Positions 17,033 through 27,900 of a stretch of DNA of 64,000 bases are shown here, piece by piece. The stretch comes from a virus. The notes below the pieces were generated by a model. That model had not been told where the DNA came from, made no database searches, and worked only from the letters and a program-made list of their open reading frames with translations. Every line of letters begins with the position of its first letter. Positions within the stretch are counted from its first letter, which is position 1. A program made the position numbers and the translations under genes. The stretch is from positions 1 through 64,000 of IMG/VR virus record IMGVR_UViG_3300022743_000002; one strand, 5' to 3'.

Positions 17033-20000
17033 TCAAAAAAGAGAACCCGGTGCATCTTTTTCAGCGACCTGGCGCTGCTTGATGTAGTGAGCGACCCCCG
17101 TGTCATCCAGGCCCTCCATGGGCGACGTCATGAGCTCGCGCAATCCGTATTTGCGTTGCAACCGCTCACGGGCCTTGTGAACCTCGGGGTGATCGGCAAT
17201 GCCGTCGATCAATTCCACGTTGTTTTTTTGCCCAGTTCGGAAAATTCGCCCGTTGCGCTGCGCATGAGTCATGGCGGTCTGCGGAGTGTCGTGCTGATAC
17301 AACCACTCGCCGCGCTGAATGTTCATACCGGTGGCGCCGGCATCGCTGGCGACAAGAATGTCAGCCTGGGCTTCACCTTGCTCCGGGTTGAACATGAGCC
17401 GCTTGCGCTCTTTTTCCTTGCCGCTATCAGATCCCGTGATGGTGACGACACGGTGCCCCTCTTTTTGCAGTCGCTCAGTGATCATTCGGACTGCTTCGCG
17501 ATTGTGGGCGAACACCACGCCGGGCTTGCCCTTACGATCGGCGGCCTTCTTCACGAGGTCGTCAATCAGCGGATTGTCGGGGTGCGTGTTGATAACGCGC
17601 TGCACGGCTGACGATCGCATGATGCCTAGCGACTGCTGAAGCCCCTTCGCCACCTCATCGTGATCAGCCTCGGCGACGCCATCGAACGATGCCGGGCTGA
17701 TGGCCTTCATGGCGGCAACATCGACCTTACCTTCCATGCGGGCAATGCGAGCGCTGGTGAAATGCTTGTCCAGTTCGGCCAGCGCTTGCTGCTGCCCGCC
17801 GGATAGAGCTACCTTGGATTCTTTGCGGTCAGCCGTGACGTCGGGGTCGATCTTGCTGGGGTAGACGTAACGCGCCATCTCGCGCTTGAGGGCATCCTTG
17901 GACGCCAATGTATCGGCGCCATAGCGACGCATAAAGGCGCCGCGGTCGTTGTAACGAGCCGGATCCATCTTGCGCATGAGGTCATACACTTCGCTGGCAT
18001 CATTCTTGACCGGATCACCTGACGCCGTGACGTAGTAGGGCGTATGGGCTGACAGAGCGTCGACGACGTTGGCCAGGCCGGAATTCTCCTTGCCTTGCCG
18101 GTTCAGTGTGTACTGGCTTTCGTCGGTAGTCAGATAGTCGAAGTTGATGCCTTCGCGCTCCATGATGCCACCCATCCAGTCCTTGCGCTCGGCGTCGGTC
18201 ATAGAGTTAAGGCGGTCCGCCATCTCGGACTCGCTGATACCGGAGTGCGTGGCGCCCAGGTGCATCATGTCGTCTCGGAACGACTGGTGTGTCATCACGC
18301 AGAAATGGTGGTCCGGGTTCTTGTAGGCCTTGATGCGCTCATCACGGCTGGCGCCAGGCTCAATGTGCCAATTGAATTTCCCGGGCTCCAGGTAGCGCAG
18401 AGCCTCGCCTGAGAACTGGCCCTGCACGATCGAAGGCACAAGAAACATTCCGCGCTTTGCCTTTCCTTGCTGGTGCAGGTGCGTAAAGGAAGCCAGCTGC
18501 AATAGTGACTTGCCGGATCCAGTGCCGAAGGCCGCGACGACGCGCTTATTTGCGTCGACCATCTTCACCAGGCGCTGACGGGCCGCATTCTTGCCGCCGC
18601 TCATCGTCGGAGCCCATAGTTTGGTGGGTTGCCCTGGCTTAAAGTTTTTCCCAACGACACCCATCATGCCGGCAATCTGCCTCTCAGCAACATGGCCAAG
18701 GCTGTGTCGCTCGTCGCCCTTTAGGTCTGCTTGCGTAGCCTCTTTTTCGACCGGGGCGTCATCGCTGCCAAAGAATCCCATCTGCGCCTGATTGAATGCC
18801 TCGTCCTGATCGCGCGCGGCATCCAGCTTGTCCGACACGCTTCCGGCTGCGTAGCGCCCCTGGGACCGCTCGCGCAGGCTGTCAACAAGCTCCCGCTCGC
18901 GTGCCTGCCGCTCCTCGCGCGCCGCGGGGTCGGTGGCGTCGAGGTGGTTCAGGTTGTTGCGGATGACGGACCGCCCCAGCTTGAGGGGCTTACCCGGGTT
19001 CAGCTTGTTGTGGTTGTCCGCGAATGCCTTGCCGACGTTGGAGCGGATCAGATCCTGAATGGCCTCGTAAGCCTTCTCGTGCCCGTGCATGGCCTCAACG
19101 TATTTCGGCCAGTCAAGACCGGCAGCGTTGGCTTTTGCCGCGGCTTCATTGCGCTGGGTGCTCCAGTCGCTCCACTCTGGATTGACGGTGGTGTCACCGA
19201 ACATGTCGGTGGTTTCTTTTTCGGGCTCGTTGGCTTCCAGCCGCTCAACTTCAGCGCGCAGTGCGCCCTGCTCGGGGCTTTCCTTCGCCACGTTGCGGTA
19301 AAAGTGCTCGCGCAGTGTACGCTGGTCCTGGCTGGTCAGTTCGCCAATCTGCTTGAATGCGGCTACGCCATCGGGGTGCTCGGACAGCGCCCGGTGCAGG
19401 GCATCAACCGACGTCTGGTCGACGCTGAAGGACTGCCGGTTCAAGGTGCTGCGCTCGCCACCATAACGGTTTTGCACGAACACGTCCGCATAGCCGTCAA
19501 ATGCGCCGGCCAGCGCCTCGGAGCGGCGCTGCTTGCCTTTGGCGTCCTTGAGCGGCGCCACGGCATCGAGCGCGGCGCGGTACTGCTCGGCCTTGTCGAA
19601 CCCGACTTTTTCAAAGAATGCCGCGCTCTGGATATCCGCCACGATATCGCCGGGCGCGTCACCGTCAGCTGCACGACCGCCGATGTAGTCGCGCAGGGAC
19701 TGCTCCAGGTCATCGCCTGGCGTGAACGGCTCCGCCAGTCGCGGTGCCACCCCGGGCTTGACGTCCATCGCCAGATCCGGGCGGTTAGCTACGCCAAGCG
19801 GAAGCCAGCCGTCCTCGTCCTCGTCGCCGCGGATGATGGACAGGTTGCGTTGCACCTGGGCGACGTCGTCGCGGGCGATCGGCTTTGCAAGGCGGTCCAT
19901 GCCGGCGGCGTTGATGGTCAGGAACGTGTCTCCGGCGACGGTGTCAAGCGTGTAGTCGCCGCGCTGCAGGCCGATAGCGCGCACCCGCTGGATTGCAGAC

Positions 20001-21589
20001 TCCATGCCGATCTTGCCGAGCGAGCCCTGCCACTTGTCTTTGGCGCCCTGCTTCATGGCAGTCACCAGAGCCGCATTGGCTTCCATCTCTCCCAGTGCCT
20101 GCCCCAGTATCTTTTGCGCGTCACCAACGGCGCGTCGCCGGCGGCCATTCATCTCCTGGGCGACCTGCAGGTCGGAGCCGTTTGCGGCCTCGCCCAGTTC
20201 AACCTCTTTTGCGGCGTCCATGAGCTCGCGGGCCTCGCCAAGCGCCTCGGCGCTGGTCTCCATGTAGTGGTGGAGGTGGAAATCCTGCACGCCTTCAGTG
20301 ATGCGCTCGACGTCTGCGGGCATGTCGGCGTGGATCCGGCGTGCCAGCACCTGAGCTGCACCGGCAATGCCAAGCACGTCCACCACGGAGCGGTCCACCA
20401 GGGCCTCGCCACCGACGGCAAGCGCCAGGCTGTTAATGCTGTTGTACGCGCCTATGCCGATATGCTTGCCCAGTGTTTCCTCGGGCTTTTCGCCGGCTAG
20501 GCGTTTGAACTCTGACAGGAACGCCAGTGTCTGTGCGGTGCGCAGGTCGTTGTTAAGGTCCTCGGTGATCTTGGCGTCATCGTCGGGGCTGGCGGTGTAC
20601 TCCAGCACGAACGCCTTGGGCTCGGATGGCGACTTGTCTATTTCGGCAGCTGCGGCGCGGGCTTTTTGTTGCACCTGCTTGAGCTTTTTAGCCGCCTTCA
20701 GGAGCTCGACGGCTTCCTTTGCCGACGCCAGCGTCTTTTCAGCCTTTGGCGCAGCGGGCTCGCGGATGCCTTCCAGTTCGGCCTTGACCAATTTGGCGGT
20801 CTCGCCACGTTGGACGGCAGCTTGCCGTTGCGCGTCGGTCAGGTTTGCGCGCTTCGCTTCCTTCGCTTTGTCGGCCTCCGCCTTCAATTCGTCTGCAGTC
20901 AAGCCGGATGCCTCAGCTCGGCCCTTGAAGTCCTGGCTGAAACCAAGTCCGCCCGGGTTGCTGTCGATTGGCGCCAAGTCCTGAACGCTCAGGGTCTCGG
21001 GGTCCTTGGCGTCTAGCGGCACCTCTCCTATTCCGCCTTCCATGCGCGCAGCGTGGTCAGCGACCAGCATTTGGCGCTGCAGGTCAACGGCCTGCACGGC
21101 CTGCTGCATGATGGCGCGGTGGTGTTTGTCGCGCATCTTTGCCTGGGCGGCTTCGCTCAGGTTCGCGTAGTCGGCCTCCGGAAACTCCAGCTTGCCCTTA
21201 TCCCAGCCCATGGTGGTCGCCACGGTCTGCACAAACTCGCGCTCGTGCTGACGCTGCTGGTCGCGAAGCGCCTGTTTAGCCTTATTCTTGGACTCCAGGA
21301 TGCCGGCTTCTTTGTCGGCGGCGCGCTGAGCCTTCTTTTCCTCGGCCTTGGATTTGCGACGGTCCTCGGCTTCCTTCTTGTACTCGGACTCCTTGCGGAC
21401 GCCGCGCAGCTTCAGGTAGTTCAGCTTGCCACCGGCGCCGCCTATCACATGGGCGCTGCCGTCCGCCTGTGGTTGGATTAAGACGGCTTGGCCATCAGAG
21501 CCAGGGCCGTTGGGGTGAACGGTGATCCAGCGGGCGCCATCCGGGATTGAGGCTTTCAGAAACAAAATTGGGCGGTCTTTTGGCAGCAT
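17033..21589 (-). CDS. Large SF2 (SNF2-like) helicase polyvalent protein
   Basis: 1518 aa; FGTGSGKS, DESQ, ASGDP, QRNGRIFRTGQ; N-terminal PILFLK|A tag. Confidence 0.85.
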   Translation of the reverse strand: MLPKDRPILFLKASIPDGARWITVHPNGPGSDGQAVLIQPQADGSAHVIGGAGGKLNYLKLRGVRKESEYKKEAEDRRKSKAEEKKAQRAADKEAGILESKNKAKQALRDQQRQHEREFVQTVATTMGWDKGKLEFPEADYANLSEAAQAKMRDKHHRAIMQQAVQAVDLQRQMLVADHAARMEGGIGEVPLDAKDPETLSVQDLAPIDSNPGGLGFSQDFKGRAEASGLTADELKAEADKAKEAKRANLTDAQRQAAVQRGETAKLVKAELEGIREPAAPKAEKTLASAKEAVELLKAAKKLKQVQQKARAAAAEIDKSPSEPKAFVLEYTASPDDDAKITEDLNNDLRTAQTLAFLSEFKRLAGEKPEETLGKHIGIGAYNSINSLALAVGGEALVDRSVVDVLGIAGAAQVLARRIHADMPADVERITEGVQDFHLHHYMETSAEALGEARELMDAAKEVELGEAANGSDLQVAQEMNGRRRRAVGDAQKILGQALGEMEANAALVTAMKQGAKDKWQGSLGKIGMESAIQRVRAIGLQRGDYTLDTVAGDTFLTINAAGMDRLAKPIARDDVAQVQRNLSIIRGDEDEDGWLPLGVANRPDLAMDVKPGVAPRLAEPFTPGDDLEQSLRDYIGGRAADGDAPGDIVADIQSAAFFEKVGFDKAEQYRAALDAVAPLKDAKGKQRRSEALAGAFDGYADVFVQNRYGGERSTLNRQSFSVDQTSVDALHRALSEHPDGVAAFKQIGELTSQDQRTLREHFYRNVAKESPEQGALRAEVERLEANEPEKETTDMFGDTTVNPEWSDWSTQRNEAAAKANAAGLDWPKYVEAMHGHEKAYEAIQDLIRSNVGKAFADNHNKLNPGKPLKLGRSVIRNNLNHLDATDPAAREERQARERELVDSLRERSQGRYAAGSVSDKLDAARDQDEAFNQAQMGFFGSDDAPVEKEATQADLKGDERHSLGHVAERQIAGMMGVVGKNFKPGQPTKLWAPTMSGGKNAARQRLVKMVDANKRVVAAFGTGSGKSLLQLASFTHLHQQGKAKRGMFLVPSIVQGQFSGEALRYLEPGKFNWHIEPGASRDERIKAYKNPDHHFCVMTHQSFRDDMMHLGATHSGISESEMADRLNSMTDAERKDWMGGIMEREGINFDYLTTDESQYTLNRQGKENSGLANVVDALSAHTPYYVTASGDPVKNDASEVYDLMRKMDPARYNDRGAFMRRYGADTLASKDALKREMARYVYPSKIDPDVTADRKESKVALSGGQQQALAELDKHFTSARIARMEGKVDVAAMKAISPASFDGVAEADHDEVAKGLQQSLGIMRSSAVQRVINTHPDNPLIDDLVKKAADRKGKPGVVFAHNREAVRMITERLQKEGHRVVTITGSDSGKEKERKRLMFNPEQGEAQADILVASDAGATGMNIQRGEWLYQHDTPQTAMTHAQRNGRIFRTGQKNNVELIDGIADHPEVHKARERLQRKYGLRELMTSPMEGLDDTGVAHYIKQRQVAEKDAPGSLF

Positions 21590-21595
21590 CCGCCC

Positions 21596-21611
21596 ATAGT
21601 AGGGTCACGAC
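21596..21611 (-). promoter_or_regulatory. Late-promoter motif
   Basis: GTCGTGAC-CC-TACTAT-N6-ATG. Confidence 0.8.
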
Positions 21612-21613
21612 CC

Positions 21614-21943
21614 CTACAGCCCGCCGGCGTCAGGATCCACCAACCGGAACGTGCCGCCGCCAGTCGGGTCCGCGACTTCGGACCCACCAAGGTTAAACGA
21701 CGCATTGGTGCGGTATTCCTCGATAGCGGCCGCAAGCGCAGCCTGCAGGTCCGCATGGGCCGGCATGCGCTCGAATACGGACTGATCCATGTGGTCACCA
21801 AGCAGGAACAGGTTGTCGCGGGTGTAGAACTTCTTCAGAACCTGCTTTACCAGGTACCAGTGCGAGCCAAAATTGACATACCGGCTAGGGTCGTCCTGGA
21901 GCAGCTGCAGCGTGCTGGCGGCGAAGGTTTTGGGGTCGATCAT
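21614..21943 (-). CDS. Hypothetical protein coupled to the DarB-like gene
   Basis: 109 aa; ATGA overlap with the upstream stop, AAGGAGG RBS. Confidence 0.75.
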   Translation of the reverse strand: MIDPKTFAASTLQLLQDDPSRYVNFGSHWYLVKQVLKKFYTRDNLFLLGDHMDQSVFERMPAHADLQAALAAAIEEYRTNASFNLGGSEVADPTGGGTFRLVDPDAGGL

Positions 21944-24900
21944 GCAGCCTCCTTAGCTTGCTGGTTTTCCAGCCGTTCTTGGTGTTCTTTGTGGCGCTGG
22001 GCGTCCAGCTGGGCGTCCAGCACCTCGCGAACCGTTTTCCGGTTTTTGTCTTCGCGCCCGTAATTGTAGTACGAACTCGATGGGGTGAACGCGCCGCCAA
22101 GCCTGATGTTTTTGTTTGCAAGCTGCCCTATCGTGTCATCCATGACGCCAGCGCGCTCGGCCAGTTTTCCAATCTGCTCCAGGGCTCGCGAGCTGGGCTT
22201 ATGGTACTCAGGACCATGCGTCATCGCCTCAAGCGTGTCCGTGTGGACTTTGCTCAGGCCATGTCGCTCGCCGGTGGCTGCGAAGGCGTCCGCCAGGTCA
22301 TCGTGGCCGCTATTGCGCGCCATGCGGATCAAGGCGGAGTGAATCGTTTTGCCGTGAGCATGCGACCATGCGTAATCATTGTGGCCGCCGTGGCGCATAG
22401 GAATGGTTGCATCCAGCTGACCCAGGTGCCGCGCACGGGCCCAGGCCATGGCTAACGCCTGCTTTGGGTACTTGGCGTAGAAGCTGGAATCTGCGCCATA
22501 TCCTTCCCTGCTTCCATGCAGAGAACCAAGTGGCAGCAGCTCATTGATGGCGTCTAGCGCCGACGGCGCCCGGCGGATGCGCTGCACCTGCTCTGTAGCC
22601 AATCTGGACTTGGCTTCGCGCTCCAAAGGGGAATCGATGCCATGCGTGGACACTCCACTCAGCTCACGCAGAAGTCCACGCATGGGGTTGATGTGCTTTT
22701 CTGTGTAGCTGGCGCCCTTGTACTCGCGGGCTGCAGAGCTTACGGATGCGCCACTGCGCGAGCCTCTGCCTCTGCCGCTGCCCTTACTCACATTCTGGAT
22801 GCCGATCTTTGCGCCTCGGCGCTCGTCCATCCACGCCTGAATTGCCTTTTCCTTTGCTGCGTCAGTCGGCAAAAGGTAGTCGTGGGTGTCGTGCAGCTTG
22901 GCGTGCTCGTAGCTCTCCGCCATTTTTATCTCGCCAGTTGCCTTGTCGACCATGGGAATGGCCCCGTATGGCATGCTGAACTTGTGCGACTTGGCGCCAT
23001 CCTTGATCTGCCGCTGAATCAGATCGTGGTTTTTCTCCAGCACTGCTGACGGCATCACCTTGACCTCGTTCCATGACGTCAGGCTGTTGAGCTTTGCCTC
23101 CGCCTGGGCAGTCATGGCCGCCCCGACTTCGGACGCCTCGGTTTCGGCATCGAACTTGAACGGCTTCGCGTCGCTGAGTTTGTCCACGGGAACGGTGACG
23201 TCACGGCCACCGCCGATGTTGGCATGGCGCCGCATTGTGACGGTGCCGGCGCGCATGTTGACGCCAGTCACCACCATCTTGCCTTCATCGGGGAACTCCA
23301 TTCCCTGATTGGCCGCCAGCACGGTGCCGCTCTGCGGATGAATCAGCACGTCGGTTACGCTGTCCAATGCTGATTTGGCGGGCCAGTATGCGTTATTGAA
23401 CAAAGCAGTCTTCGCAGCTTCGATCTTCTGGCGCAGGCGCTGACCGCTCACCGAATCACGGTTTTTCATGGACTTGTAGGTGCGGCTAATTTCGGTGAAT
23501 CGCACGTACTGGGCCTGCGCGTCTTCGCGCTTGCCGGCGTCGAACCGCTTGGTAGCCTCGTCCTTGTCTTTCTCAAATTCTGCGCGCGCAGCCTCGGGGT
23601 CGGCCGCCAGCATGATACGCATTTCGTCCCTGGATACCTTACCCTGACGGGCTAGGTTTTCGACCTTGTCGCCACCGTTCCAGAGTATGTCCTGCCAATC
23701 CTTTTTGGCCGACACCGCCTGGTAGCGATAGCCGTCAAAGCTGCCTTTCGACAGGTAGGTGTGGATGCGGACGGCTTCCTTGTTGTTGCCCTGGCGCAGG
23801 CCGCGGCCGTTGCGCTGCTGCAGCGTCGCCGGATCCCATGGCACGTCCATGTGGTGAATGTCCGTCGTGGTCTTTTGCATATTCAGGCCTTCGGCCATGG
23901 TGCAGTTGCCAATCACCACCTTAAATATGCCCGCATTCAGCTTGTCTGCAATGTTTTGCCGCTTGACTGACGACTTGGCCACATCGGCGTTGATGATGCC
24001 AATTTCCGACTTCTTGAAGCCAGCATCCACCAGTGCCGCGACGATCTTGTCATGGCTCTCAATCAGTTCACTGAAAACGATCTGACCGCCTTCTTTTGCG
24101 CCTTCCAGGCACTGCTTTGCCAGTTCTTTGTACTTGGGGCTTTCCGCACCAGCGTACCGCACCGGGTCCAAAATCGACAGGTCAAGCGCAGCCTTGTGCA
24201 TCTTGTCCATGATCGAAAAAATATGGGAGTCGCCGGTGGCGTCCTTCTTGCCAGATGACTCCTCGGCGAGCTCGCGCAGTTCAGCGTATGCGTCTTGCTG
24301 GGCGCGGGTCATATCGACCAGGTGCATGCGATCGTCGCGACTCGGGAGTTTCAGCCCAACCTCGGCTGCAGTGCGCCGATCGATGTAGCGCGACATGATT
24401 TCGCGCAGCTCGTCCATGTTCTTGAACCCAGCCACCACAGTGGCGTCCTCAATGTCACCCTTCGTTGATAGCACCTTGTCGGGCACAAATTCACAGAATC
24501 GGTCAAGGAATTCCTCGCTATTGCGGATGCCAATGCGCTCGAACGCCTCGGGTGCGATGTGCGACAACATCGAATAGACCTCAAGCGGACTATTCTTTGT
24601 CGGCGTTGCCGTCAGTCCGTGGACGTTCTTTCCGCCATTGGTCTCGCGGATCCAACGTGCTTTCATGTTGAAGTCCAAGGCTCGGTTACTCAGACCCTGG
24701 CCACCCAAGAACTTCGGCTGGTCGCCAAATCGTGCGCGCGCCGAATACAGGTTCTTTTGGTGGTGCATCTCGTCGGCAATGAGCATGTCAATACCAAGGT
24801 CTTCAAAATACACGGCGTTGGTGCGCTCACTGAATTCCCGCTGCGCTACGGACTGCTCAAAATTTTCTTTGATGGCCTTGCGCCGTTTGTCTCCGACGTT

Positions 24901-27900
24901 GTCCAGTTTGTCGCCGCGCTGTACCCAGAAGTCCTCGGAGTAGTATTGTTCCTTGCGCTCGGGCGTGATATCGATTTCCTCGAATGACGGCTCGCTGATG
25001 ATGACGAAGTCGTAATCGTTCTGCGTCATGTCGTGGTACTTGCGCTTGCGCTCGTCGGCGGTGTCATCGACGCCAACCAGCATGCCGTCCTTGTCCTTCG
25101 CGAAGTTTGCGCCGATCGTAAGGACCTTGGATCCTGGGAACCAATCCTGAGTTTCGCTATACCAGTTGGCCAGCACAGACTTTGGCGCGACGATGACCGG
25201 TCGCTTTGTAGTGCCCTGCACCTTGGCCATGCGAGCCAACAACAACCCGCCAAGGGTTTTACCCAGTCCAACGTCGTCAGCGATGATACCTTTGCCGGTC
25301 GCCAGGGAGCGGCGCAGGCTCGACCAGCGCCAGTCGCGCACGGACTTGTTGGGGTTCAGTCCTGGCACCTCGATGGGCTCATTTGAATACTCGGGCGCCA
25401 CAAAGCCGCGGAATGACCGATTGTATTTTTCCTCAATCGCGTCCCGGTGGGCGCTGGCGCACAGCCAGTCCTTGAATTCTACGTTCAGCGCATCGATGAC
25501 AGGACGGTACTCCTTCATCATCTTCGCGTCTTTGGTACCTCGATTCAGGTAGGCGTTGAGCGCCTTGTACTCCGTGCTGTACGAGTTTCCGCCAGTAATG
25601 AAGTACACACCGGAGTCAAATTTGACATCAATCGCTCGCTCCTTCTTGGTCCAGTCGTTTGCGTCTGGTCCATCGTGCAGCTTCCAGGTCATGAACTCCG
25701 ACAGGATGTGAGTCGGTATGAATGCAGAATTCACCTGAATGTCGACGTCATCGAGCGACTTCGGGTCAATCGTCTTTTCCAGCCGCTCAATCTGCAGGCG
25801 CAGTTTGTCGGCGAGCTCAGGGTGAGCGTTTGTTTCCAGTTCCTTCTTTGCTGCATCCAAGCGTAGCCACAGGTCGCCGGTGAGGTAAGCGTCCATGGTG
25901 GTCCATCCGCCAACGGCAAAGGCGTAACGTTGGTCGGCTGCCAGCTGGTCCTCGACCTCGTCCACGGTCTTACCAAGGCGATCGGCTAGCTCAGCGGCAT
26001 CGAATGTGTCGCCGTTGTGCTGGAGCGCCAGGGCCTGAGCGGTGGCATCGAATCCGCTTTCTGTCTTGCGCACGGTGCCGGTCACCAGGTCCGACAATTC
26101 ACCCTTGCGGTTCACCGCGCCCAGCAGGTTGAATATGATCTTGTTGACGTTGGCAGCCGTTTTCACGTCCACACTGTCATTTGGGTTGCCGTGCTTTTCC
26201 ACGTATGCGCGCACACGGTCCGCCAGGCCGTCACGCACGACGCCGCGCTTTGCCATCTCTATTTCAACGCCCAAAGCCTCGGCGTCGCTAATAGCTGCGG
26301 TTTGCATATACTCATCGACGCTATGCCAGCGCGGCGGGTCGCCCTGCAGCACGTAGGTGACGCCGTCCACGACCTTGGTGTCGCCCACCTTGGCGATGTT
26401 GGCGTATGGGCGCCGGAATGCCGCGGACAACGCGCGATCCTTGGCTTTCTGGTCGTCACCCAGGGCTCCGAGAATATGGTGCATGGTCACGCTGATGGCC
26501 GGTGCGCTCTCGCTTTCTGGCGTGAAATCGGCAATGGCGTCGGCGACCCCATCCATGGAGCCCTCGACAGTAATGTCGTTGCCCATACCAGCCTTCGCGC
26601 GCCAGCCTTCGGTCATGGTGCCGAGAACGTTGCTGGCGCCGCGCCCGGTGAAATACTCACCGGAAATGAACTCAGCATCCCAGACGCCCAGCTTTTGCAG
26701 TGTGGCTTGGTCGACCGTGCCAAGAGCTCCAGCGACGTCGTCGGGGCGCTTGCGCAGGTAAATGACGTCGGTAGTCACCTCGGTATGGCTGTGCTCGAAT
26801 GCCGTGTTTGGCATGCGTTGCGCGCCAAGGAATTCCCCCTTGGTTAGCAGACGCTCACGCAGGCTACGATTGGTCTTGCTGTCCATGATGCCGGTTGGCA
26901 CCACCAGGGCGACAATGCCGCCGGGCTTGCACTTATCCAGCGCGGTATCGGTGAAGTAGGCCTCAGCCGTGCTGATATCTTTCTTGTCGTCCTTAGCCAG
27001 GAAGCCGCGCGGACCATAGGGCGGGTTTCCAATGACAACGTCGAACTGGCGATCGTCGGACGTTGCGAAGCGCTCCAGGCTGGCTGTATGGATTTCGTGG
27101 CGGTCGCCGTGCAGGGCCGTGGCTGCGGCCGCGCTGGTGGGATCGAGCTCCACGCCGGTGACCTTGAAGCCAGCCGGCGCAGTGTGCAGGAAAACGCCGG
27201 TAGCGCAGCTCGGCTCCAGGGCGGTACCGCCGGTGACGCCCAGAGCGGCGATTGCCGTCCACATGCCGCGCGCCACTTCGGGATCCGTGTAGAACTCATT
27301 CAAGCTGTCGCCGCAGCCACCATTGCCGCTGTACTGGCGGAACAGAGCGCGGTCGGCGTCGCTGTACGGGCCACCGTCGGCCAAGCGCTTCACCACATCG
27401 GAATTGATGGCGAGGCGCTTTTTCTTGCTGGTGCCGGCCGGTACGCCGAATGGCGCTGTGGGGTCGTGGGGCACTACGAGGACGGGCGCGGGCTTATTTT
27501 CGACTTCGGCAGGTTTTGCCGGCTGTGTTTGCACTTTTTCTGCAGAAACAGTCTTTATTTTCCCCGCCTTCGCATCACGCTTATCTCGCCGGCGCTTGAG
27601 CTCAGCGTCGATTGCGTCGACGTCAACTTGCATTGAGTTGATCAGCGCAGTATTGACGGATCCGCCATCCCAGCCCTTGCGTTTTTCGGCTGCGATCTTT
27701 TGCGCGCCATAGTTGGATGCGCGCTCCAGGTCTTTGGTGCCTTCGCGCACCAGATCGGCAGCCGACAGATTGACAATGCGGTCGTAGTGTTCCCGCCACT
27801 CGCGGTGCGACCTATCCTGATCGGACTCATCAACCTCGCGGGCTGGCTTGACCTCAGCCTTTGGCGGCTTGACCGGCTCGGGCTTTGCCGGCGCGCGATG